A stretch of 64,000 nucleotides of DNA. Source: an uncultured Coprobacillus sp. Lineage in GTDB: Bacteria > Bacillota_I > Bacilli_A > RFN20 > CAG-826. This document shows, piece by piece, positions 20,258 to 29,647 of the stretch. The notes beneath the pieces were generated by a model. The model saw nothing but the letters and a program-made list of their open reading frames with translations, ran no database searches and had not been told where the DNA came from. Position numbers and translations under genes: made by a program. How positions within the stretch are numbered: position 1 is the first letter of the stretch; the number at the start of each line of letters is the position of its first letter. The DNA is taken from contig CAZOUY010000007.1 in assembly GCA_964583155.1 (NCBI GenBank), forward strand, positions 3,260 through 67,259, read 5' to 3'.

Positions 20258-21300
20258 TATTTCTCACCTCTTTCGGCATCATTATCTGGCTCTTGAGTGG
20301 TATCCCCCACTAATTCATCAAGCAAATCTTCCATCGTTACCATTCCGATGGTCTGCTGATCTTTTACCACGATAGCAATATGCGTTTTTTTCTTATTAAA
20401 GCCTTCCAAAAGATCATCAAGAGAGACCGATGGAGAGACAAAGAAGGGCTTTTTTAAGGTTGATTTAATGGATACCTTTTTATTGGTGAAATACGATTTC
20501 AAATAGGAATTAACGACTAAAACGCCAATAATATGATTAATATCCTTCTTATAGACGGGGATACGAGAATATGGAGTATCTAGAATAATTTTATTTAATG
20601 ATTCGTGCGTTATCTGCTCAATATCAACCGCAAACATTTGATCAACAGGGGTTAAGACGTCTCTAACAATCGTCTCATTAAAATCCAAGGAATTCTGGAT
20701 AATATCGCTTTCTTGCTCTTTAATCAATCCTTCTTCTTCGATGGATTCAATGATGTTTGTAAAATCTTCTTCGGTTAATTTTGGTTCTTCTTTAATATGG
20801 AAGATTTTTTGTACTAAAAAATTCAGGCCATCGAAAATCTTAGCAAAGGGCCACACTAAAAACATCAAGCCATAAATAAACCATCCCGTTAAGCATGCAA
20901 TCTTATCAGGGTATAATCTTGCAATTGATTTCGGAAGAGTGTCTGAAAACAAAAAGCATACTGCGGTAGACGCAATCGTTGATAAAGTAGCGATGAGAGT
21001 ATTCGAAAATTTATCTTGAAATAATTGTATAAATAATAATGTAGCAATAGATGATACAAAAACAGCTACGATATTGTTGCCAATCAAAATAGCTGAAACA
21101 GCATGATCAAATTTTTCAATCACCTTGCAAACAATTTTAGATGGACGATGCCCATCATCCGCCCGCACCTTAAGACGAATTCGATTACATGAAGCCAAAG
21201 CTGTTTCACTCGCGGAAAAAATCGCTCCAAAAATAATCAAAACTACAATCAAAATACATGTAGTCCATAAATTAGTTCCCGTACTAGGCCCGTCAGGCAT
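20257..21300 (-). CDS. CNNM/TlyC family membrane protein (paralog, shorter)
   Basis: 347 aa with DUF21 plus CBS. Its stop overlaps the start of the downstream paralog. Confidence 0.8.
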   Translation of the reverse strand: MPDGPSTGTNLWTTCILIVVLIIFGAIFSASETALASCNRIRLKVRADDGHRPSKIVCKVIEKFDHAVSAILIGNNIVAVFVSSIATLLFIQLFQDKFSNTLIATLSTIASTAVCFLFSDTLPKSIARLYPDKIACLTGWFIYGLMFLVWPFAKIFDGLNFLVQKIFHIKEEPKLTEEDFTNIIESIEEEGLIKEQESDIIQNSLDFNETIVRDVLTPVDQMFAVDIEQITHESLNKIILDTPYSRIPVYKKDINHIIGVLVVNSYLKSYFTNKKVSIKSTLKKPFFVSPSVSLDDLLEGFNKKKTHIAIVVKDQQTIGMVTMEDLLDELVGDTTQEPDNDAERGEK

Positions 21301-21526
21301 TCAAAACCAACTCCTTGTTCACAAGTCTGTAAACTGTAATGTATTTTATCATATGAAACTAAGAATAGCAAGACATCTCTCATCTGGGATACGGATAATC
21401 CGAGATGATTTTGGATCCTTTTAGCATGCTTTTCCCCTTATCTTTCATTATTCATACACACCATTTTAAAATTATAAAGCATAATAATCGTTTAAAAATC
21501 ATTCTTTTATAATAGAGGTATTTGGT

Positions 21527-22057
21527 ATGCATAAATTAAAAAAAGTTTATCCTTACATTATAAGCTTTATTATTTCATCATCAATGGGGATTCTGTTTCA
21601 TTTTTTATTTTCGTTATTAAATAAAAGTCCTTTTATTGCATGGCTTGTTCCGATCAATGAATCGATATTCGAACATCTCAAACTCCTGTTTTATCCGTTT
21701 ATGATGGTGTCGATTATTGAATTGATAATACGCCATCAGCCATTAAAAAATTATCTACCATATCGAATATTATTCATAACTATTTCCACTATTATTCTTC
21801 CAATTCTTTATTATTCTTTCAAAGCTTGTATCGGTAATGTCGGATTTATTAATATTTTATTGTACTTTTTTTGCTTGATCATAGCTTATCTTCTATCATT
21901 TATCGCAGAAAAAAAGCAATTGGTGCCGACCAAATCAATGCAATTAATTGCGTTAGCCACCGCCATATTGCTTATTTTCATTTTCACTTTAATGACATTT
22001 ATGCCACCGGAGATTGAAATCTTCCGTGATCCAATTAAAGGAACATACGGATTCTAA
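21527..22057 (+). CDS. hypothetical membrane protein
   Basis: 176 aa with 5-6 TM segments. Confidence 0.45.
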   Translation: MHKLKKVYPYIISFIISSSMGILFHFLFSLLNKSPFIAWLVPINESIFEHLKLLFYPFMMVSIIELIIRHQPLKNYLPYRILFITISTIILPILYYSFKACIGNVGFINILLYFFCLIIAYLLSFIAEKKQLVPTKSMQLIALATAILLIFIFTLMTFMPPEIEIFRDPIKGTYGF

Positions 22058-22415
22058 AATACAAATGATTGAATAAATCCCATACAAAATCGTGCAATGT
22101 ATCTCCACAAATATATAGTATTACGCCAAACAATATAATAGCGGATATAAATAATAGGAATCCCGCCATGATAAAATTAGAACGGCCAATACTTTTTTTG
22201 CGCAATAAAAGAAAAACAAATCCGGCTATGACATTTAATCCCGGTACCAATAATAAAAATAAAGTTCCGATCCATTCCAAAATGTTTAAAGGAATTTCTT
22301 TTTGTTCTTTTACAGTTTGCTTTTCAATTATCACTTCTTCTTCATTGCTAATTAAATCGGTTTTTTGCATATTCTTACCTCCATATTTTATTGTGTTGCA
22401 ATAATTTAAATACAT
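22035..22415 (-). CDS. hypothetical small membrane protein
   Basis: 126 aa with 2-3 TM segments. Confidence 0.4.
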   Translation of the reverse strand: MYLNYCNTIKYGGKNMQKTDLISNEEEVIIEKQTVKEQKEIPLNILEWIGTLFLLLVPGLNVIAGFVFLLLRKKSIGRSNFIMAGFLLFISAIILFGVILYICGDTLHDFVWDLFNHLYFRIRMFL

Positions 22416-22450
22416 GCAAAAAACATTTATTTATTTTTATAGTTTCAATC

Positions 22451-22479
22451 TAAAATAAAAAGGATAGTTAACTATCCCT
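22451..22479 (-). terminator. rho-independent terminator after tRNA-Val
   Basis: Minus-strand hairpin GGATAG-TTAA-CTATCC followed by a T-rich run (plus-strand A-run 22451-22460). Confidence 0.5.
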
Positions 22480-22490
22480 AAAAAGCAAAA

Positions 22491-22566
22491 TGGTGGATGC
22501 TGAGGGGATCGAACCCCCGACCTTCTGTACGTCAAACAGATGCTCTCCCAGCTGAGCTAAACATCC
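22491..22566 (-). tRNA. tRNA-Val (anticodon GAC)
   Basis: Reverse complement is GGATGTT-TA-GCTCAGCTGGGAGAGC-A-TCTGT-TTGACGT-ACAGA-...-AGCATCC-A-CCA. 76 nt with encoded CCA. Confidence 0.85.
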
Positions 22567-22583
22567 GATTAATTAACTTCGAC

Positions 22584-22659
22584 TGGTGCCGGCAAGAGGA
22601 CTTGAACCCCCAACCTACTGATTACGATTCAGTTGCTCTACCAGTTGAGCTATGCCGGC
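22584..22659 (-). tRNA. tRNA-Thr (anticodon CGU)
   Basis: Reverse complement is GCCGGCA-TA-GCTCAACTGGTAGAGC-A-ACTGA-ATCGTAA-TCAGT-AGGTT-GGGGG-TTCAAGT-CCTCT-TGCCGGC-A-CCA. Confidence 0.85.
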
Positions 22660-22676
22660 AATGAATCGGCTTATAT

Positions 22677-22705
22677 ATAATAACGAATCTTATTAATTTT
22701 TGCAA
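22677..22705 (-). promoter_or_regulatory. sigma-70-like promoter for the tRNA-Thr/Val pair
   Basis: Minus strand reads TTGCAA - 17 nt - TATTAT, about 17 nt upstream of the tRNA-Thr 5' end. Confidence 0.45.
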
Positions 22706-22851
22706 TACTTTTTTTGATTCTATTAATATTTTGCCCACTAAACGCTGCTTGCCTTTTCAATTTTGATGGAAAATTAAAGATAAGCATCTGGGCGATAGCA
22801 CAAACTATTCAGCATTTCAGTAATATATATCTCTATAGGAGGAAGAAAAAA

Positions 22852-23280
22852 ATGTATTATTATAATCCTTATGTAGGATCATATTATGATGATTTTTCTT
22901 ATGAAAGAAAGCAACCAATACTAGGTCAAGATGAATACTTTCCCGTGGAGGAAGCCTTTAATAAAGGAAATGTTTTAAGACATCAATATGATCAATATCG
23001 CAATTATCGGCCCGATATGCCAAAAGGACATAATGAAAAGGAAACGTTATTGATCATGATGATGATGTATGGCGCTGTCTGTCATGATCTGGTTTTATTG
23101 TTAGATGTCAATCCCCGCAATCAAACGGCAATGAGTCTCTTCACTCAATATGATCAGAAATATAAAGAAATAGAACAAACCTATTTATCGAAATATGGCA
23201 CTCTCAATGCCTCTAATTCTCAGGAAAAAGACGGAGTGTTTACTTACCCCATGGTAAAGAGTCCATGGGAGACCATGTAG
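22852..23280 (+). CDS. cotJB: spore coat-associated protein, CotJA-like N-terminus fused to a CotJB domain
   Basis: Start ATG at 22852 after the RBS AGGAGG. The N-terminal ...FPVEEAFNKGNVLRHQYDQY resembles the CotJA core, and the C-terminal ETLLIMMMMYGAVCHDLVLLLDVNPRNQTAMSLF matches the CotJB pattern (L..I....FA..DL.LYLDTHP.D..A). It directly precedes cotJC. Confidence 0.6.
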   Translation: MYYYNPYVGSYYDDFSYERKQPILGQDEYFPVEEAFNKGNVLRHQYDQYRNYRPDMPKGHNEKETLLIMMMMYGAVCHDLVLLLDVNPRNQTAMSLFTQYDQKYKEIEQTYLSKYGTLNASNSQEKDGVFTYPMVKSPWETM

Positions 23281-23293
23281 GAGGAAAACGGAT

Positions 23294-23869
23294 ATGTTCA
23301 CATACGAAAAAAGACTCTTATATCCTATCAATATTACCAAGAAAGATTTAGTGATGGCAAAATATATCGTCACACAATATGGAGGTCCCTATGGAGAATT
23401 AGGCGCTGCATTAAGATACTTAAATCAACGTTATACCATGCCCGATGAGCGTGGTAGAACACTATTAAGTGACATTGGAACCGAAGAATTGGGGCATGTT
23501 GAAATGATATGCACAATGCTTTATCAATTAACGAAGGATGCCACTTTAGAGGAAATGAAAGCGGTAGGCTTAGATAAGCATTATACCGAACATGGCTTTG
23601 GTTTGTTTCCAAGCGATGTAAATGGTGTCCCCTTTAGTGTAGCCAATATGGGAGCCACCGGAGATTGGGCAGCTGATTTAGAAGAAGATCTGGCGGCTGA
23701 AGAAAAAGCGCGTTTAACCTATGAGCATTTAATTGATCTTGCAAAAGATCCCGAGGTTATTAATGTCTTATTATATTTAAGACAACGTGAAGTCGTTCAT
23801 TATAATCGCTTTAAAGATTTATTAGAAAGCTATAAAAAAGAGCTCAAAAATCAAAAAGAATATCGATAA
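23294..23869 (+). CDS. cotJC: spore coat protein CotJC (manganese catalase family)
   Basis: YIVTQYGGPYGELGAALRYLNQRY... and ELGHVEM are typical of CotJC / Mn-catalase-like di-metal proteins. 191 aa. Confidence 0.85.
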   Translation: MFTYEKRLLYPINITKKDLVMAKYIVTQYGGPYGELGAALRYLNQRYTMPDERGRTLLSDIGTEELGHVEMICTMLYQLTKDATLEEMKAVGLDKHYTEHGFGLFPSDVNGVPFSVANMGATGDWAADLEEDLAAEEKARLTYEHLIDLAKDPEVINVLLYLRQREVVHYNRFKDLLESYKKELKNQKEYR

Positions 23870-23936
23870 ATAAAAAAAGAGGTAGTGAAGCTCCATACTT
23901 ATAAATATGGAAATGACACGCTTCACAGGCCTCTTT

Positions 23937-24230
23937 TTATTGTATTTCTAAACGCGTAAGATGATTTCTCTTAACATTTTCAAAATACAAAGATATCGTT
24001 TGCGATTCTTTATATAATATTACTTTTACACAAACACGTGATTCTAGAATTCGATATTCACAATCTTTATACGGCTCAATGAGCGTAATTGCCAATTCTA
24101 AAGGAATATCTTTATGTTCATTTATCGAATAGAAAACGGTATCTTTAGTCAAAAAATGATATATTTTGTCATCGTTTTGGTTTTCCCATATGCATTTCAA
24201 AAATGATAATGCAATTTCTTTAGTGCTCAT
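23937..24230 (-). CDS. hypothetical protein
   Basis: 97 aa. Its start is 4 nt from the stop of the upstream ORF. Confidence 0.4.
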   Translation of the reverse strand: MSTKEIALSFLKCIWENQNDDKIYHFLTKDTVFYSINEHKDIPLELAITLIEPYKDCEYRILESRVCVKVILYKESQTISLYFENVKRNHLTRLEIQ

Positions 24231-24233
24231 AAT

Positions 24234-24488
24234 TTACTGCCTCCAATAACGATCATTTTGATCGATTTCCACTTCATTTTGTACCTCATATAGATAGAAT
24301 TCCCCTTTGAGAAAAGCATCTTGAAAATCCATAAGAGAGATTTTGGCTTTTAAATTATCATTGCGAATAGTTATACATCCATTGCTTAAATAATAAAAAG
24401 TCAAGGGTCCGCCGAAAGAGGTCGACACTAGTATCTGTTCTTGCTTTAATAATTCGATGGCCTCATCAAATGTTGACACTTTTTTCAT
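24234..24488 (-). CDS. hypothetical protein
   Basis: 84 aa. Overlaps the upstream gene by 4 nt. Confidence 0.4.
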   Translation of the reverse strand: MKKVSTFDEAIELLKQEQILVSTSFGGPLTFYYLSNGCITIRNDNLKAKISLMDFQDAFLKGEFYLYEVQNEVEIDQNDRYWRQ

Positions 24489-25219
24489 AATTTTAAGATT
24501 CCACTTTCAACGGGGCTATTTCCCTTTAAGCCGTGAATCAACCAAAAAACGGAAATAATGATAATAACGACCACAATAACTATTATTAAAGTTCGTATCG
24601 GCCCCGATATATAATTTTTATTTAAAACGCTTCGATCTTCAAAAACAATGTCTTTAGAAACATCTTCAAACGATAGGCCACCATCATATTTGTCTAAAAA
24701 GGCCTTTTTATATTCACCCATGGAATCATTAGGAAAGGTCTTGTTGATGACTCTTTGGACATTTTTCTTTGCTAAAAATACAGAATACTTTTTATAGTTA
24801 AACAATTTGCTAATAAATGAGCATGGTAAATGATAAATTAATGAAAGCACGCCAATGAGATTTTCATCATCATCGAGATATTTGATAACGGGAAAGGAAT
24901 GATATTGCTCTTTTAAAATATCGTGAATTTCATCATCATTCATTCCTTTAAGCTCATCCCTATCATGCAAGAAAACTTGTGCGTGCTTAACTAATAAGCG
25001 TAAAGACCATTTTTCAAATAGACAATCGTCGGATAAATTGGCGATCTTCTGATACATTTCTTGGTAAAATAACGGCATTTGCTGATTGACCCATTTTTCA
25101 TTAAAAACGATTTGCGCATATAAAAAATGATATAATGGCTCATAAATAAGAAAAACCTCTTCAAGCGCCTCTTTTTTTCCTGATCGTAAATCTTTAATAA
25201 CTCTTTCACTAATAATCAT
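24485..25219 (-). CDS. hypothetical membrane-anchored protein with a sigma-70 region-2-like N-terminus
   Basis: The N-terminus (IISERVIKDLRSGKKEALEEVFLIYEPLYHFLYAQIV) resembles sigma-70 region 2.1-2.2. A single C-terminal TM (LIIVIVVVIIIISVFWLI) is followed by a short extracytoplasmic tail. Confidence 0.4.
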   Translation of the reverse strand: MIISERVIKDLRSGKKEALEEVFLIYEPLYHFLYAQIVFNEKWVNQQMPLFYQEMYQKIANLSDDCLFEKWSLRLLVKHAQVFLHDRDELKGMNDDEIHDILKEQYHSFPVIKYLDDDENLIGVLSLIYHLPCSFISKLFNYKKYSVFLAKKNVQRVINKTFPNDSMGEYKKAFLDKYDGGLSFEDVSKDIVFEDRSVLNKNYISGPIRTLIIVIVVVIIIISVFWLIHGLKGNSPVESGILKL

Positions 25220-25240
25220 AAAAGCTTCCTATTATTAATC

Positions 25241-27007
25241 TTAATCGGCCATCAATAATTGCTCTAGCTTATCAACCAATTCTTCCATCCGTTCGGTGAC
25301 CGCAAGGAAGGTTTCTTTCTTGGTAAAATCGATTCCTGCTTCATTAGCTTGGTCAACAGGATATTTTGATCCCCCGCTTGACAATAAGGAAATATATCGA
25401 TCAAAAGCGCCATCTTTCCCTTTTTTGACATCCTTATAAAGCTTAAAGGAGGCCGCAAAGCTTGTAGCGTATTGATATACATAAAATGGAGTATGGAATA
25501 GATGAGGAATATAAGCCCAAACATATTGCTTAACCTTTTCCTTAGTTATATCCATGCCATAATATTTCTTATATAAATCGATCATCGTTTTCGATAACAC
25601 CTCATGATCAATCGGTAAATCTTGCTCGACCATTTTTGAAATAGTCAGCTCATACTCCGCAAATAAGGTTTGACGATAAAAGGTTCCCATAATCTCATCG
25701 ATCGACTTTTGTAAGAGCATAATCTTTTCTTCCTTTGTAGATTCATTGGAATCCATTAAATAGTCTAAAAGCATATGCTCATTAAACGTAGATGCGATTT
25801 CTGCAACAAAGATCGTGTAGTTTTGTAATGTGGCCGGCTGTGTTTGCGAATACATAGTATGAATAGAATGACCCGCTTCATGAGCTACAGTGAAAACATC
25901 ATCGAGCGTCTCACTATAATTCAATAAAATGAAGGGATGTAAATCAACCTGACCGCTCGAATACGCTCCGCTCGCCTTGCCATCACGTGCATAAACATCA
26001 ACAAATCCCTCTTCTAAGGCACGATGGGCTTTATCTTGAAAATCTTGTGGACAATTCTTAATACTGGCAAAAAATAATTTTTTAGCTTCTTCATAAGTAT
26101 ATTTACGACTTGATGAGGCTAGTGCTAAAAAGCGATCATATGAATAATGATGACGTAATCCTAATGCCTTTTTACGAAGACGAAGGTATTTTTTAAGCGA
26201 TCGATTATGCTTGCTAGCAACCTCAACTAGGGTATCATAGACCGCGGTTGGAATATTGTTACCAAAAAGATTAGCCTCTAAAATGGAAGCGTAATTACGT
26301 GATTTGGCCACCGACTTTTCACTTTGCATCACCTGTTGATAAATCTTCGCATACGTAAATTTATTCTTTTCATATCCTTTAAAAATGGCTTCAAAGATCT
26401 TTTTACGATCCTGAGGCAGCTTTTCATCCTCAATCAACGCCCGCCAATTACCCTGATGAACCATAACCTTTCTTTTCCCAGAAAGAACCACCGGAACTGG
26501 ATTTTGATCAGCGATTGCCAAAGCATCATATAGTTCACTTCCGATACTGGTTAACGGATGATATAAAGAGAGCAAATATTCGGATTTTTTATCGAGGACA
26601 TGTTCGTTTCCATGAAATATTTTTTCCATAGGAAAGCGGAATTCACTTAATTCATCATCACTGTCAATCCATCCCATAATCGTATCCTTTCCAATGGAAA
26701 TGATTTCCGGCGAATCAAAGGACATTGCCTCCATCAAGGAATTTAAAACAGCGATAACCTTCATTAAATCCTGAGCATTCTTAGCATCTTTTTTATTTAA
26801 ATCATGCCGCAAATGAGCATACTGGTATAAACGTGATAGCTCTTTATCAACCTCTTTGTTTAAAAGCATATACTCCTTAAAGGACTCATAATCATGAAGA
26901 CGCCCTTCATATGATGCTAACCTTTGAGCATATGTTTGCATTTTCTCCAATTGACTATCAAACTCTTCTTGATTCTTATATAGATATGTTAAATCCCATT
27001 CGTTCAT
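25241..27007 (-). CDS. pepF: oligoendopeptidase F (M3B family)
   Basis: HEAGHSIH zinc motif. 588 aa. Confidence 0.9.
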   Translation of the reverse strand: MNEWDLTYLYKNQEEFDSQLEKMQTYAQRLASYEGRLHDYESFKEYMLLNKEVDKELSRLYQYAHLRHDLNKKDAKNAQDLMKVIAVLNSLMEAMSFDSPEIISIGKDTIMGWIDSDDELSEFRFPMEKIFHGNEHVLDKKSEYLLSLYHPLTSIGSELYDALAIADQNPVPVVLSGKRKVMVHQGNWRALIEDEKLPQDRKKIFEAIFKGYEKNKFTYAKIYQQVMQSEKSVAKSRNYASILEANLFGNNIPTAVYDTLVEVASKHNRSLKKYLRLRKKALGLRHHYSYDRFLALASSSRKYTYEEAKKLFFASIKNCPQDFQDKAHRALEEGFVDVYARDGKASGAYSSGQVDLHPFILLNYSETLDDVFTVAHEAGHSIHTMYSQTQPATLQNYTIFVAEIASTFNEHMLLDYLMDSNESTKEEKIMLLQKSIDEIMGTFYRQTLFAEYELTISKMVEQDLPIDHEVLSKTMIDLYKKYYGMDITKEKVKQYVWAYIPHLFHTPFYVYQYATSFAASFKLYKDVKKGKDGAFDRYISLLSSGGSKYPVDQANEAGIDFTKKETFLAVTERMEELVDKLEQLLMAD

Positions 27008-27073
27008 TTTTTTATTCTCCTTTTCCTAATTATTATACATTTTTTCCTCGTATTTCGGTTAGAATATGCAAGA

Positions 27074-28048
27074 TTATTCTTCTTTTTCTATTGCGGGTGC
27101 CGCTTTCTTTTTACGCTCATATAATATCAAAAGATAAGAAATCGTCATCCCTATTGCTAAAAGGACTATTCCAAGCGGCAAGTCAAGCTTCATTTGTGAA
27201 TCTCCTTGAGCCCATTTGACATATATGTCATAGGTATCCGGATTAAAAAACATTGACATAATCGATCCTAAAGATAAACCTACTATCGCAAAATATGTTG
27301 TCGCGCGTGCTTTTTTAAAAAGAAACGTTAAGAATTTTGAAAAGGTAAATAATCCAATCAAAAATCCGATACCTAACGAAGCATACACTCCAAAAATCAT
27401 TGGGTTACTGCTCCAATATTCGCGATGGAAAGATTCCATCAATGGTTTAAAATACCCAATTGCCATTAAAACCGCTGTCGCGCTTAATCCTGGAACGATC
27501 TGCGTAATAGCTACTATGTAGCCTATCGGTAAAAAAAGCATTATTTTTAGAAAATCAATATTATCGAGTTTGCTTGTCAAAGAGCCTCCTTCGACCGCTT
27601 TATCTCCCGGTAAAAAGACCGATAAAACACCAATAGCAATAGGAATTAAGATGGAAACAATTAAGATAATAACACGTTTAGTAGTGATTCTCTCACCTTT
27701 AATTTCATCCTTAACTGCCGGAAAGGCTCCCATCATTAAGCCGGCGAATAAACCGGTGATGGCAAACGGCAATATATTAAGCAATTCTCGAATCGTAAAA
27801 AATCCCAAAGCAAATCCAATGACAATCCCAATACCAATAGGTAAAAGAAATAGGAAACACATCACAAACTTTTTAAATAGATTGCTCATAGCGTATAAGA
27901 ACTTATCATAAAGCTTAAAGATAATCGCTACGGTTGATCCACTGATCCCCGGAACAATTACCGCGATTCCCATAATAAATCCCAATAATAAGCTTTTAAA
28001 CCAGGATTTCTTATTATGCTTTTCTAAAACTATCTCTGCGTCTTCCAT
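27074..28048 (-). CDS. DUF368 family membrane protein (PopT-like putative polyprenyl-phosphate transporter)
   Basis: Two repeats of the DUF368 signature (VPGISGSTVAII and VPGLSATAVLMAIG). 324 aa and polytopic. Confidence 0.7.
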   Translation of the reverse strand: MEDAEIVLEKHNKKSWFKSLLLGFIMGIAVIVPGISGSTVAIIFKLYDKFLYAMSNLFKKFVMCFLFLLPIGIGIVIGFALGFFTIRELLNILPFAITGLFAGLMMGAFPAVKDEIKGERITTKRVIILIVSILIPIAIGVLSVFLPGDKAVEGGSLTSKLDNIDFLKIMLFLPIGYIVAITQIVPGLSATAVLMAIGYFKPLMESFHREYWSSNPMIFGVYASLGIGFLIGLFTFSKFLTFLFKKARATTYFAIVGLSLGSIMSMFFNPDTYDIYVKWAQGDSQMKLDLPLGIVLLAIGMTISYLLILYERKKKAAPAIEKEE

Positions 28049-28059
28049 GTTAATCTCCT

Positions 28060-28644
28060 TTATTCTTCTCTACTAGCAACTAATAAATCATTAATCTTAA
28101 TCATCATCTTCATTAAAGGAACCTGCACAAACGTATTTCCCCATAAGGAATATAAATTGGTTTCCCGTGAACGTCGTTTTCTAGCGTAATATAAAAAAGT
28201 TTCGATATTCACTCGATTACCTTCATACTCGATTTTAATGCATCCTAATGGGAATAAAACAAATTTATCCTTTTGATAAATTATCTCATTATCCTCAAAT
28301 ATACTTGCGAAAAAGCCATTTTTTCTTAGTAATGCATCAATATCTTGGATGACTTTTTCTCTATTGCCCTCTAATTCAAACGATAAATAGGTCCGATTAG
28401 GATTCCGTCCTAGACTCATATCTTTTTCACGATCATAAGAATTCATGATTACTAATGCTATTTCCGATATAACTAAAAGCGCTAAACAACAAAACATTAA
28501 AAACAAGAAAACACTAGCCATTCGATATACTATACCTAATAAGGATGACATTATAGTTGCCACTAAGGATACTTCTAAAATAATCAAAACCGTAATTATA
28601 GCTACCACCATGCCGTAATATTTTTTGAATCGAGCATCAAGCAT
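28060..28644 (-). CDS. hypothetical membrane protein (YcxB-like topology)
   Basis: 194 aa. Two N-terminal TM segments followed by a soluble domain. Confidence 0.4.
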   Translation of the reverse strand: MLDARFKKYYGMVVAIITVLIILEVSLVATIMSSLLGIVYRMASVFLFLMFCCLALLVISEIALVIMNSYDREKDMSLGRNPNRTYLSFELEGNREKVIQDIDALLRKNGFFASIFEDNEIIYQKDKFVLFPLGCIKIEYEGNRVNIETFLYYARKRRSRETNLYSLWGNTFVQVPLMKMMIKINDLLVASREE

Positions 28645-28764
28645 ATAAATATCTCCTTTTTAATAAGTTAATTGTAGCATAAGAGTGAAAAATAAAAAAA
28701 TGCTTTATTTATTTTCTTGTATTTAAAATAAAATACTGATAATATTATTTTGCTGCAATACTTT

Positions 28765-28851
28765 GCCGCTGTGGCGAAATTGGTAGACGCGATAGACTCA
28801 AAATCTATTGTCAGTGATGATGTGCCGGTTCGAGTCCGGCCAGCGGCACCA
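28765..28851 (+). tRNA. tRNA-Leu (anticodon CAA)
   Basis: GCCGCTG...ATAGA-CTCAAAA-TCTAT, a long variable arm, CCGGT-TCGAGTC-CGGCC, CAGCGGC-A-CCA. 87 nt class II tRNA. Confidence 0.9.
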
Positions 28852-28866
28852 ATAAAAATCAGTTAG

Positions 28867-28899
28867 AGCCTTGTCGTTATCGGCAAGGCTTATTTTTTT
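28867..28899 (+). terminator. rho-independent terminator after tRNA-Leu
   Basis: Hairpin AGCCTTGTCG-TTAT-CGGCAAGGCT followed by a T-rich run (TTATTTTTTT). Confidence 0.6.
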
Positions 28900-29589
28900 A
28901 TTTTCTATGGTCGCATACTTTTTTTCTACTTGTGGATATAAAAATAATGTTTCTTATCTAATCCTCTTATTTCATCCTTTATAATTTGGAAAGAGAACGC
29001 CATTTTTTTAGAAAGAAATTCATAAGCGAATACAAATCCACCTGATATTACCGAAAAAATGAAAAAAGATTTCATCACAAACAATACATGAAAAAATATC
29101 AAAATAGCTCTAAAATCGTATAGTATATTCCTTTTCAATACGGCGTGCCTGCTTGTTTACAATCTACTCTTATGGTATATATAACAAACAACATAACTTT
29201 TACCTTGGATGTAATTATATTGATGTTTGGCTGCGGTATGATAGTGCATTTAATCATATCGTTAATCGAGGAAAAATTGTTTTTGCGTAAATTTGAGAAA
29301 AATAAGCGAAGTTCTGAAATAGATATTTTAAATGATAACCCGAATATCAAGGAATAAGCTTTCTTATTGTATTATGGATCAAAGTGCCGCAAATGATAGA
29401 TATCATAATTCATAATGTGACCATTTCATCCCGTAGTCGATTTTTTAAAGGCTGTTTTTTTGTATATAAAGAAAAAGCTTCAAAATAATAATTATAATTA
29501 AAAGCCCTTCTTCATATGAAAAATCACAAATTATATAAACTTATTATTTTATTGCTTTTCATGAATCCTGAAAATAATTCGTTTTCACT

Positions 29590-29622
29590 AAAAAAGGTGA
29601 TATCTCCTTGAAGATATCACCT
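29590..29622 (-). terminator. rho-independent terminator after the 29648..30178 gene
   Basis: Perfect 11-bp hairpin AGGTGATATCT-CCTTGA-AGATATCACCT, with a T-run on the minus strand. Confidence 0.55.
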
Positions 29623-29647
29623 ATCAAATTACTTAAAAATAGAAATG

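Noticed and set aside
28900-29640. A 740-bp stretch after tRNA-Leu with three overlapping small ORFs (28926..29138, 29135..29350, 29145..29357). It might be a gene remnant or small membrane peptide.
   Set aside because: There are no convincing RBS or start contexts, the ORFs overlap each other on both strands, and the composition is A/T homopolymer-rich. Only the C-terminal part of 29145..29357 looks like a single TM peptide, which is too weak to call.
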